This document shows positions 26,037-37,299 of a stretch of DNA of 64,000 nucleotides, in pieces. The stretch is taken from the NCBI RefSeq assembly GCF_963921235.1, contig NC_086108.1, positions 105,712,001-105,776,000 on the forward strand, written 5' to 3'. Within the stretch, counting starts at the first letter, position 1, and each line of letters begins with the position of its first letter. The position numbers were made by a program, and so were the translations under genes. This stretch comes from Mobula hypostoma. Lineage: Eukaryota. Below the pieces are notes generated by a model, which did no database searches, was not told where the DNA came from, and worked only from the letters and a program-made list of their open reading frames with translations.

Positions 26037-26835
26037 TAGAAACATAGAAACACAGAAAACCTACAGCACAATACAGACCCTTGGGCCCACAAAGCAGTAC
26101 TGAACATGCTCTTACCTGAGAAATTACTTAGGGTTACCCATAGCCCTCTACGTTTATGAGCTCCATATACCTGTCCAGAAGTCTCTTAAACGATCCTATT
26201 GTATCAGCCTCCACCACTGTCGCTGGCAGCCTATTCCACACACTCACTATTCTCTGTGTAAAAAACTTACTCTTGATACCTCCTCTGTACCTACTCCCAA
26301 GCACCTTAAAACTGTGTCCTCATGTACTAGCCATTTCAGCTCTGGAAAAAAGCCTCTGACTATCTACACGATCAATGCCTCTCATCATCTTATACACCTC
26401 TATCAGGTCACCTCTCATCCTCCGTCGCTCCAAGGAGAAAAGGCCAAGTTCATTCAACCTATTCTCATAAGGCATGCTTCCCAATTCAGGCAACATCCTT
26501 GTAAATCTCCTCTGCACCCTTCCTATGGTTTCCACATCCTTCCTGTCGTGAGGTGACCAGAACTGAGCACAGTATTCCAAGTGGGGTCTGACCAGGGTCC
26601 TATATAACTGCAACATTACCTTGCATCTCCTAGACTCAGTCCCATGATTGATGAAAGCCAGTGCACTGTATGCTTTCTTAACCACAGAGTCAAACTGCAC
26701 TGCAGCTTTGAGTATCCTATGGACTCGGACCCCAAGATCCTTCTGATCCTTTCCCTATCTCCCTATCTCTACTCCCTTTCTTGAATAATGGAACAACATC
26801 TGCAACCCTCCAATCCTCCGGAACCACTCCCATAC
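26037..26835 (-). mobile_element. CR1 3' fragment joined to an upstream RT piece (internal deletion)
   Basis: ORF 26320..26700 (YRTLVRPHLEYCAQFWSP) and 26755-26835 (GVVPEDWRVADVVPLFKKG). Confidence 0.9.
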
Positions 26836-26844
26836 CTCTTGATA

Positions 26845-27640
26845 AGGCACTTTGGTAAAAGAAACAATAGTACAGATTATTACCTAAATGGGGAGAATTT
26901 TCAAACATCAGAGGTGCAGAGGAGTTTAGGAGTCCTCATGCAAGACCCCCAGAAGGTTAATTCACAGGTTGAGTCTGTGGTAAAGAAGGCGAATGCAATG
27001 TTGGCATTTATTTCGAGGGGGATAGATTATAAAAACGAGGAAATAATACTCAAGCTTTATAAGACTCTAGTCAGGTTGCACTTAGAGTATTGTCAATAAT
27101 TTTGGGTCCCTTATCTCTGAAAGGATGTATTGCCATTGGAGAGAATCCAGAGAAAGTTCACGAGGATGATTCTGGGAATGAAAGGGTTAACATATGAGGA
27201 GCGTTTGGCAACTTTGGGGATGTACTCACTAGAATTTAGAAGAATACGTGAGGATCTCATTGAAAGCTACAAAAGTTTAAAGTATTAGATAAGGTAGGTG
27301 TGGAGAGGATGTTCCCTCTGGTGCAGGTATCCAGAACTACAGGACACTACCTCAGAAATGAGGAGCAACCTTTTTGTACAGTGGTAAGGAGGATTTTTTT
27401 TTAGCCAAAGAATGGTGAATCTGAGGAATGTTCTGCCAGAATGCAGTGGAGGCAAAGTCTGTGGGTATATTTAAAGCAGAAGTTAATAGATTCCTGAGTG
27501 GTTGAGGCATCAAGGGATACGGTGAGATGGCAGGTGTAGGGGTTGAATGGGATCTGGGATCTGCGATCTGCCATGATGAAAAGGCGTAGCAGACTCAATG
27601 GGCTGAATGGCCTAATTCTGCTCCTATGTCTTACTGTCCA
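26845..27640 (+). mobile_element. Degenerate CR1 3' fragment
   Basis: ORF 26788..27099: HFGKRN, VKKANAMLAFISRG, LYKTLVRLHLEYC; 3' UTR gggctgaatggcctaattctgctcctatgtctta. Confidence 0.9.
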
Positions 27641-28557
27641 AACAAAATTATAAAGAATAATATAAAAATTGTGTTGGAGGTTATGTCACAGAGTCATACA
27701 GCAAGGCAACAGGCCTTTCAGCCCATCTGTCCATGCCTGGCCAAGATTCCCATCCAATCTAGTCCCATTTATCCACAGTTTGACTTCGTATGAGTATTGG
27801 TTTATTAATGTCACATATACCAAGAAACAGTGAAAAGCTTGTCTTGCGTACTGCTCGACAAGCAGATTTGCGGATTTTCTGACTGGGACAGAAGTCACTG
27901 ATTGCAAATAAGCATGTTAACTATTTATTTACATGACATACAGTGAAATATTTAACCAAACTTCTAAGTCAAGCAAGTACTTAAATAAGCCTCGACGCTA
28001 ACCATTCAATGAGTCTTCAAGCTAAACTGGTTAAAGATTTTTCTCTAAACTGAACACAGGAGGTGGCAGGACAAAGCAGACACTAAGCATACATATAGTG
28101 GCAAATAGTTAGCTACAGCATACCCACCCCCTAATGCTTACTGTTTCTGCAGCACTCTCGTTGAACTGGTCCACTGGATCTGACAGGAAAGAGAGCACAT
28201 GGTTGCCGCGCTCTGAATTTAAACCCTACCAGTGCCATGGCATCATCAGCTAAACAGAAGCTAGTGAGAGGGGTTGCAATGCTCCATACATGGGCCAGTC
28301 CCTGCCTCCTATGGGGGAGTGGCAGACGATGAGCAGGCAAGACAATTACTACAACTCTCATACAGATCAAAGTTGTAACACAGTGCATTGAGCTAGAATA
28401 ACATAAATCCATATCAATGAACAAAAAAGCCTAAAAGTTACTGAAAATGTGCAGTGCAGGTAACGGATAAAGTGTAGCTTTCGAAGGAGGTAGATTGAGA
28501 GGCCAAGAGTCCATCTTTGGCCCATATTCCTCTTAACATTTCCTATTCATGTAAAGG

Positions 28558-28855
28558 AACATACACAAAATGCTGGAGGAACACAGCAGGTCAGGCAGCA
28601 TCTATGGAAATCAATAGTCAACATTTCAGGCCGAGACCCTTTGTCAGGAGTGAGAAGGAATGGGGAAGGTACAAGAATAAAACAGAGGGGGGAAGAGAAG
28701 GAGGTTAGCTGGGAGGTGATAGATGAAACCATGTGGATGGGAAAGGTAAAAAGCTGGAGAAGAAGGGATCTCATAGGAGAGGAGAGTGGACTACAGGAGA
28801 AAGGGAAGCAGGAGGGGACTCTAGGGGAAAAACAGGGAGGTAAAAGGTCAGAGTA
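28558..28855 (-). mobile_element. Penelope 3' tail with hammerhead-like motif
   Basis: agtcaacatttcaggccgagaccctttgtcagga at about 28616-28649, followed by the purine-rich tail. Confidence 0.8.
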
Positions 28856-29477
28856 CCATGCACCTGTCCAAATATCTTCGAAATATTGTTAATGTATTTG
28901 CCTCAACTACTTTTGCTGGCAGCTCGTTCCACACACAGTTCACCCTTTAAGTGGAAAAGTTGCCTCTTAGGTCCCTATTATATTTCTCCTCTTCCACCTT
29001 AAACCTATGTCTTCTAGTTCTTAACTCTACAACCCTAGGAAGAAGACTGTGCATATTCATGCCACCTATGCCCCTCATGATTTAATACACCTCTATAAGA
29101 TCACCTCTCAGGAATAAAGTTCTACCCTGTCCAACTTCTCTCTATACCTCAGTCCCTCAGTTATCATTAATACCCATACATCAGCAAAGGCTAAGAGGAG
29201 ATACGATGGAGATGGTTAAAATCCATTTGTCCATCAGCTTCTAATGAAACCTTTTACAGCTAACCTTAAAACCATGTACGTACTGTGGAGAGCATTCTAA
29301 TTGGCAGCTGCATCACCTTCTGGATTGCAGATTGCATGTGTAATATGTATTACACATACTGTAATTCATAGGTTTTCTCTCTATTATTACGGATTGCATT
29401 GTACTGCTGCCACAAAGGCAACTGATTTCACGGCGTATGCTGGTGATATTAACTTGATTCTGATTTTGGTAATTTTA

Positions 29478-30002
29478 CAGCTCCATAAAAGTTAGGCCAC
29501 ACTTAGAATATTGTGATCAGTTTGGTTTGGCTCTTTACAGGAAAGAAGTGAAAGGTTTAGAGAGGGAGCAGAGGAGATTTACCAGGATGCTGCCTTGATA
29601 AGAGATTAGGTCCTATGAGCATAGGTTGAACTAGCTAGGGTTCTTCTCTTTGGAGTAAAGGAGGATGCACGGTGACTTGATAGAGACGTACAGGATGATA
29701 GGAGGCAAAGATTAAGTGGAAAGCCAGACAGAAATAGCTACTTTGAAGCAGCATAATTTTAGGGTGCTTACAGGAAAATTTAGGGGGGAAGTCAGAGGTA
29801 AATTTTTTTACAGCAAAACATGGAATGCATTACCAGGGATGGATCGTAGAGGCAGATACTATGGGGCATTTAAGAAACTCATACATAGGCACATGGTGGT
29901 TAAAAAAAAATGGAGGTCTATGTGGGAGGGAAGGGCTAGATTTAGCTTAGAGTAGGTTTAAAGGTTGGCACAACATCATGGGCTGCAATGTTCTGTGTTC
30001 TG
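29478..30002 (+). mobile_element. Degenerate CR1 3' fragment
   Basis: gttaggccacacttagaatattgtg, agaggagatttaccaggatgctgcc, CR1-type 3' UTR. Confidence 0.78.
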
Positions 30003-31542
30003 GTTTTAGCTAGTTTTCGACCTAAATCCTCAAACTCGTTCCCTAAGAACAACATGGGGATGCCTTCACAGGAACAATGATATTGAAACAGATAAGGTTT
30101 TACGACAATCCACTGGATTCTGTTTTAAATTCTTTGTTATTTTCTATCATAACAAAACAAGAGTACCGTCCCTCACAAAGAGCATCTTCTTTGATTTTAT
30201 GTAGGTGGAGTGAGCACGCTGAGATCCCATGATACAGAGCTGAGAGCATTAGCAGATAAACAGGTACAGGACAAGAGGTTGCGCATGGAATGCAACTTGG
30301 ACCAAATGCTGGAGGAACTCAGCACGTCAGACGGCATCTATGGAGGGGAATGAACAGTCAACCTTTCGGCATGAAGCACCTCGGTTTGAAATGTCGACTG
30401 TTCACTTCCCTCCATACAAGCTGCCTGACCTGCTAAGTTCCTCCAGCATTTTAAGACCATAAGACCAAAAGACATAGCAGCCAAATTAGGACATTCGGGT
30501 CATAAAATCTACTCCACCGTTCCATCATGACTAATTTATTATCCCTTTTAATACCATTCACCTGCCTCTCCCTATTACCTTTGATGCACTGACTAACCAA
30601 GAACCTACAAACCTTCCTCTACTTTAAATATACCCAAAGACTTGGTTTCCACAGCTGTCTGTGGCAATGAATTAGACAGGTTCACCACTCACTGGCTAAA
30701 GAAATTTCTCTTCACCTCTGTTCTTCTACTCTGAGGCTGTCCCTCTGGTCCTAGACTTTTCCACTGTAGGAAGCATCCTCTTCACATCCACTCTGTCAAG
30801 GCGTTTCAAAATTCGATAGGTTTCAATGAAATCTCCCCTCATTCTTCTCAACTCCAGTGAGTACAGGCCCAGAGCCAACAAACTTTCCTTGTACTTTCAT
30901 TCCAGAATTATTCTCGTGTCTGTGTTCTGTGTTTGTGTGTGTTGTTCAAGATTTCCAGCATCTGCAGAATGCTCTTGCTTAAAGTGGACAAATACTTGAA
31001 GCAGTACTGCGTAGTGTGGGAGGAGAGAATCTGAGACAATGGGATTAGCAGAGAACAGGCGCAAAGAAAACATTTTATGTGGCCCATTGACATGCCATAA
31101 TATTTAATGGAAGCACAAAAAATATCAGATTTTAATTAAGTCATGTTGAATCATAAAATCCACCCATAATCCCTGATCTAAAGCCTGTTGAAGTGATGTT
31201 ACTCTGGGAGAGATCAGGCAGCTTAAAGTATTTCCACTTTAGAGCCTTCACAATGGCTCATGTGTCCAGCGTGTGGTAGGATCACACTGAGCATTGTCTG
31301 AAGGAACAAAAGCCAGAAAGCGTTCTTTTTAGGCACTCAAACAGTGAAAAATATTGAGAAGAGAATTTTTTGCACTGGCTGTCAAGTCACAAGGCAGATG
31401 GGTGCAGATTTTTAAAGATAAAAAGCCAAACATAAAAGGGAGAAGCGGTAGAAAACAGATTGAAAGAGCTTTAATTTTAAAAAAACAATATTACTACAAT
31501 ATTAATTTTATTTTTATTTAATTTTATTCTTATTTTAGTAAA

Positions 31543-31709
31543 ATACAGCACAGAACAGGCCCTTCAAGCCACACTGCCCAGTAATCCTCCGATTTAACCC
31601 TGGCCTAATCACAGAACAACTTACAATGACCAATTAATCTACAAATCAGTATGTCTTTGTACTGTGGGAGGAAACCGGGACACCCGGAGCAGAATATACA
31701 AACTCCTTA
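31543..31709 (-). mobile_element. V-SINE fragment
   Basis: Reverse complement of the V-domain (tgtgggaggaaaccgggacacccggag, tacaaactccttac). Confidence 0.75.
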
Positions 31710-31777
31710 CAGGGGTGATTTGAGTATCTCAGAGAGTGCTGAGTTTCTGGGAGTTTCATGCACAACAGTCTTTACAC

Positions 31778-32012
31778 TGTGGTAAACCATATATATATGT
31801 TGTAACTGGGTTAACTGTCCAGACACGCCCCTCTGCTGACTGACCCTGTGGCTCCTCCCACAAATCCCTGAATAAAGGCGATTGCGCCATTGCTCCTCCT
31901 CCTCAGTCCAGGGGCAGATACTCAGCACGGTGGAGGTCAGATTTTACTGCTAATAAAAGCCTTTCAGCATTTACTGTACTTCCAGTCTTTTGGAGTTATT
32001 GATGGTGCATCA
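31778..32012 (+). mobile_element. Solo LTR (235 bp)
   Basis: TG...CA termini, perfect 5-bp TSD TACAC (31773-31777 and 32013-32017), internal AATAAA motifs. Confidence 0.88.
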
Positions 32013-32189
32013 TACACTTTACAGGGAATGATTCAAAAAAAAACAAAAAAAGCATAAGAACATAAGGACAAGGAGCAGGAGTAGGCCATCTGGTCCTTCA
32101 AGCCTGCTCCACCATTCAGTAAGATGTGGTCATGGACTTTTCTCCATAATCCTCAATTCCCCATCCAGTGAGCAGCAGTTCTGTGGGTA

Positions 32190-33030
32190 AGATAGACAGA
32201 TAGATAGATAGATAGGTATACTTCATTAATCCCGAGGGAAATTTGGTTTCGTTACAGCCGCACCAACCAAGAATAGAGCGTAAATATAGCAATACAAAAA
32301 ACCCCAACAATCAAACAACAAAATGTAAACTATGCCAGATGGAAAATAAGTCCAGGACCAGTCTATTGGCTCAGGGTGTCTGACCCTCCACGGGAGGAGC
32401 TGCACGTTCGATGGCCACAGACAGGAACGACCTCCCGTGCCGCCAAGTGTTGTATCACGGTGGAATGTGGCCGAAGTCCAACAGTAAAAAGTTCAATGTC
32501 CAGTCTGCAAACACGTTTCTCGATCGTAATATACCTCGGATTGCACCATCCGTTGTTAACCAGATCAGTAAGCACCCAACTCCTTTACAGTTACCGCTCT
32601 CAGTGCACTTCCGGTCAGCCGGAACGGTATTACCCACCGAACTCCTCTTCTCCAAAAGTCTCTGTTGTCTTGACCCGGTCCTCTTTCCTCAGCTTTGTGA
32701 TCCCCCTCTGCATCCTCTGTGTGTTTTCCTCTGGATTTCAGCAGGGGTGTCTGCCACTCTGCTCGCTAAACCGGCCGGCATTTATTGGTCCGTGGAATAC
32801 ACAATGCGACTTTGCTTCTGTCCCGCGTGTTGGGATGTAACCATTTCCAGCACTAAAGAAAACCCAAATAAAACTCTCCCTACCAGCATGTTAGAGAGGG
32901 TGCAGCTTTGACGTGTTACCGTGAGAAAAAAAATACAAAAAATAATGTAAATTAAAAAGTAAGAAGAAGAAACTAAGAATAGATCGGAATGACTGTACCA
33001 GGCTGCATGCACGACTGGCACATGCACACT
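32190..33030 (-). mobile_element. Internally deleted non-autonomous Rex1 derivative
   Basis: On the minus strand: 5'-UTR-like region, basic RKTHRGCRGGS segment, endonuclease piece (ADRKCTESG, VNNGWCNP, DIELFTVGLRP), then the Rex 3' end GGSDTLSQ* and a (TATC)n tail. Confidence 0.8.
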
Positions 33031-33284
33031 AATAAAAACACCTCGTTAATGAGAGAGGGTAGAGAAGAATGGCCAGACTGGTTCAAGCTGACAGGAAGGC
33101 GACAGTAACTCAAATAGCCGCACGTTACACCAGTAGTGCACAGATGAGCATCTCTGAATGCACAACACGTCAAACCTTGAAATGATTGGGCTATAGAAGC
33201 AGAAGCCCACAAACATATACCAGTGGCCACCTTATTAGGGAGAGGAGATACCCAATAAATTAACCACTGAGTGTACGCTATTAG

Positions 33285-33597
33285 TCTGGGCCAGGGACTG
33301 GAGATTGGTGGTCAGAAGCCTGGTAGTTTGAGAGCCCGAGACCAAGGACCGGAGGCCCGGAGGGATTGGAGATTTGCCTGTGTGTGTGAGTGGGTGGGTG
33401 ATTGTGAAAGAGACATGTTGTGCTGTTGTTGTTTGTGTTGTTCTGCTGAACATTGTGAGCATGCTATGTTGGCGCCAGAACGTGTGGCGACACTTACGGC
33501 TGCCCCCAGCACACCCTTGGGTGTGTTGGTTGTTGATTGAAATGATGTATGTTTCAACATACAAGCGACAAAATAAAATCTGAATCAGAATCTGATT
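33285..33597 (+). mobile_element. Unclassified interspersed repeat with a Rex-like tail
   Basis: Reverse-complement copies at 17376-17530 (continuing 14915-14957) and 22310-22580; ends gacaaataaaatctgaatcagaatctga. Confidence 0.7.
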
Positions 33598-33614
33598 GCC
33601 TTCCACTGACTTCT

Positions 33615-34012
33615 AATAATCAAGGACACAACCCACCCAGCCAACACACTTTTCGTCCCTCTTCCCTCTGGGAGAAGGCTCAGGAGCTTGAAAGCTCGTA
33701 CGGCCAGATTTGGGAACAGCTTCTTTCCAACTGTGATAAGACTGCTGAACGGATCCTGACCCAGATCTGGGCCGTACCCTCCAAATATCCGGACCTGCCT
33801 CTCGGTTTTTTTGCATTACCTTACTTCCCATTTTTCTATTTTCTATTTACGATTTATAATTTAAATTTTTAATATTTACTAATTTTAACTATTCTTAATA
33901 TTTTTAATATTTAATATGTGTAATCCAGGGAGTGGGAAGCGCAGAATCAAATATCGCTGTGATAATTGTACGTTCTAGTAACAATTGTTTGGTGACAATA
34001 AAGTATAAAGTA
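33615..34012 (+). mobile_element. Rex1/Babar 3' end (distinct subfamily)
   Basis: Translates PLPSGRRLRSLKARTARFGNSFFPTVIRLLNG; tail caataaagtataaagta. Confidence 0.8.
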
Positions 34013-34618
34013 TTCTTGGATTGGAAATCCCTCAGTCTGCTGAATTGGCTTGAGACTATACTTCTGTGCTGTTCAACAACCTGAATCAAGTACATGAGGG
34101 TATTTATTGGTATTGGTATATTGTTGTCACATACTTCAAGATACAGGGGAAAGCTTGTCTTGCTTACTGATCATACAGGTCAGATCATTACACAGTGCAC
34201 TGAACTAGAATAAAGTAAAATAATAACACTGCACAATAAAGTGTAAACTTTACCAGAAGTGTGCAGTGCAGGTAAGAGACAAAGTCCACAATCATACTGA
34301 GGTAGATTGTAAGGCCAAGATTTCATCTTATTGCAAAAGAGGACCATTCAAGGGTCTGATAACAGTAGGATGGATGCAGTCCAGGAGCCTGGTGGAATGT
34401 GCTTTCAGACTTTTGCACCCTCTGCCCAATGGGAGAAGGGAGAAGAGAGAAAGGGAGAAGGTGGATGGGGTCTTTGACTATGCTGGCTATTTAACTGGCG
34501 AAGCGAGAAGTCTAGACCAGGGGTCCCCAAACTTTTTTGCACCACGGATCGGTTTAATATTGACAATATTCTTGCGGACCGGCCGACCGTGGGGGGGGGG
34601 GGGGGGAACGTGTTCAAG

Positions 34619-35288
34619 TAGGGTTAAACTCACCTCAGCCTGTCTTTTACGGTTAGTGTTGCCAACTTTCTCACTCCCAAATAAGGGACAAAAGTAGCAG
34701 TCAAGTCCTGACGAAGGGTCTCGGCCTGAAACGTCGACTGCACCTCTTTCTATAGATGCTGCTTGGCCTGCTGCGTTCACCAGCAACTTTGATATATGTT
34801 GCTTGAATTTCCAGCATCTGCAGAAATCCTGTTGTTTGAGTCAAATCCCGGGACACTTTACCCCAGAAAGACTACCACGACCATGAAGCCTTGCGCGGGC
34901 ACGTGTGCGCATGTGTGACATGCGCGTACGTGCCAATTCCCCCCCCACAAATCGGTTTTGCCTTCATCTTCCCGACCATACTGTACATACATTATTTCTA
35001 CTTTATATAGACTGTGTATATATCATATTATTCCTGCTTTCACTATATGTTAGTGTTATTTTCGGTTTTATGTGTTATTTGGTATGATTTGGTAGGTTAT
35101 TTTTTGGGTCTGGAAAAGCTCAAAAATATATCCCATATAAATTAATGGTAATTGCTTCTTCGCTTCACGCCATTTTGGCACGAAAGGTTTCATAGGAACG
35201 CTCTACCTTAGCGGGGGAAATACGGGACAAACCAATTTAGCCCAATATACGGGATATCCCGGCAAATACAGGACAGTTGGCAGACCTA
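34619..35288. mobile_element. Second hAT-type MITE (TAGGGTTGCCAACT-like ends) nested in the Charlie MITE
   Basis: tagtgttgccaact (34654-34667) versus agttggcagaccta (35275-35288); subterminal atacggga repeats; imperfect 8-bp TSD tgttcaag/cgtccaag if the left end is TAGGGTT at 34619. Confidence 0.65.
34704..34739 (+). ncRNA. Minimal type I hammerhead ribozyme motif (Penelope-associated)
   Basis: AGTC-CTGACGA-A-GGGT-CTCG-GCCT-GAAA-C-GTC-GACT: intact CUGANGA/GAAA/NUH core, stem I AGTC/GACT, palindromic ACGT in place of stem III. Confidence 0.8.
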
Positions 35289-36906
35289 CGTCCAAGATTA
35301 ACAGTGCGTGACAGGGAATGAGGAAAGGTGCAGCTGACTCATATCGTCTCCTCGTGGCCCGGTCGCACATTCTCTGCGGCCCGGTGGTTGTGGACCCCTG
35401 GTCTAGACAGTGTCCATAGAGTGAACTTGTCTGTATCTTGTCTCATATCTAGTCTGTTAACAAGACAGAATAAGAATGGATCCAGGATGCTGCCTGGATT
35501 AAAGAGCATGTTTTATGAGGATTGGTTGAGCTTGGGCTTTTCTCTTTGGAGCAAAGGAAGATGAGAAATGACTTAACAGAGGTATACAGGATGATCAGTG
35601 GTATAGATTGGGTGGACAGCCAGACACCTTTTCACCGGCAAAATGGGTAACATGAGAGGTCATAATTTTAAGATGATTGGAGGAAAATATAAAAGGGATG
35701 TCAGAGTTATGTTTATAGCATAGAGAATGGTGATTGCGTGGGACACCTGTCAGGGGTGGTGGCAGAGACAGATACATTAGGGCATTTAAGAAACTCTTAG
35801 GTTAGCACATGGATGATAGAAAAATAGAGGGCTATGTAGGAAGGAAGGTTTAGATTGACCTTGGAGTAGGTTAAAAGTTTGGCAAAACATCATGGGGAAA
35901 TGGGTCTCTACTGTGAAGTACTGTTCTGTGTTCTATGTTCTAAAAGTGGCCTTATGAAGGAATTTCATCTGGAAAGGAGATAAAATATTTAAAATTATTT
36001 GCCTCCGAGGTTTGTTAATCCAAAATTAATCAGTTGCATAAATTCTGATCTCACTCTAAAAGCAGATGGTATTTATGCCAAAGATTTCCTTGTTGCCTTG
36101 CCATGCAGTGTGCGAACTTATATTAGTCATTTCAGTCTGTTAATGCTCACTGTGGTAGTGCTATCACTTGGCCTTTTAATTCCTTGATAAATGAGTTAAC
36201 CTTAATTATAAAAATCTTCATTTAATTGGTGAGGACAAAGCAGATTTTAAGCAAAAGGCTTTAGCACATTTCTATATGTAAATCCTAATTTATCATTAAT
36301 CAGGGAAGACTTATCTAGTTTAATCCTGTATATTAAACCTGGGCTTCTTCCTCCTGATGTGCTGTTTCATGTTCTTTGACTGAAGTTAACCAAGTCTTGA
36401 GGCACATTAATTTAATCTCTATCTCTCTCTCTCTCTCTCTCTCTGGTCTTTCTCTCTCTCCCCAGTGCCCAGTTGTCTTTCTACGTACAATTATATCGCA
36501 GTGCCTCCTCCCGGAATCTGGGCACATTTTACTGGCTCTCTCTAACATTCATTCAAGAGGAAATCCTTTTTGGAAAGATGGTGAAATCTGAAGGTTGCAC
36601 TGAGAGGCTGTTGCTCATGGAATCCTGTTGAGCCACTAGGAACATGTAGAAACTACACTCAGTTGCCACTTTATTAGGTTCTTCCTGTACTCGAGGAGAG
36701 TATCTACCCCACAGTTATAAAATTACTCTTGATGTACTTACTCTTGACCTGATAATTTTGACTTTGCTTCTTACAAAATACACTTAATATCAAAGTCATC
36801 ATCATTATTATATACCATGTCATATGATGTGGATGATCATGGTCTTTCCATGACCATGATTGTTCTTGGCAAATTTTTCTACAGAAGTGGTTGTCCATTG
36901 CCTTCT

Positions 36907-37195
36907 GTGCACATGGCCAAGTGGTTAAGGCATTAGACTAGTGACCTGAAGGTCGTGAGTTCGAGCCCCAGCCAAGGCAATGTGTTGTGTCCTTGAGCAA
37001 GGCACTTAACCACACATTGCTCTGCGACGACACCGGTGCCAAGCTGTATGGGTCCTAATGCCCTTCCCTTGGACAACATTGGTGGCGTGGAGAGGGGAGA
37101 CATGCAGCATGGGCAACTGCTGGTCTTCCATACAACCTTGCCCAGGCCTGTGCCCTGGAAACCTTCCAAGGTGCAAATCCATTGTCTCACGAGAC
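36907..37195 (+). mobile_element. tRNA-derived SINE (second family)
   Basis: A box tggccaagtgg, B box gttcgagcc, then gtgtccttgagcaaggcactt; second copy at 58655-58937. Confidence 0.88.
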
Positions 37196-37299
37196 ATTGC
37201 AAAACATAATAATAAAAATTGTAAATTACAGTAACTGTATATTAAAAAAGCTAACTCAAGTAAGTAGTGCAAAAAGTGAAAAAGAAAAGTGGTAAGGAC

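Larger units (their letters stand above)
31711..33273 (+). mobile_element. Tc1-like non-autonomous DNA transposon broken by three nested insertions
   Basis: Pieces 31711-31777, 32018-32052, 32162-32189 and 33035-33273 join colinearly with the uninterrupted copy at 54712-55036; ends in ccactgagtgTA. Confidence 0.8.
34518..35400. mobile_element. hAT-Charlie-type MITE containing nested insertions
   Basis: Terminal inverted repeats (TIRs) CAGGGGTCCCCAA / TTGTGGACCCCTG; perfect 8-bp TSD GTCTAGAC (34510-34517, 35401-35408), matching the NTCTAGAN preference of Charlie elements. Confidence 0.93.

Noticed and set aside
28131..28424. 97-aa minus-strand ORF as a host exon
   Set aside because: No recognisable domain or convincing splice context; kept only as an unexplained unique region.
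34591..34606. Poly-G run as a functional G-quadruplex
   Set aside because: Homopolymer inside a MITE; no other support, and its length is error-prone.
36907..36980. tRNA gene
   Set aside because: A and B boxes are present but there is no clear cloverleaf acceptor stem or terminator; it continues into a SINE body with a second copy bounded by a TSD.
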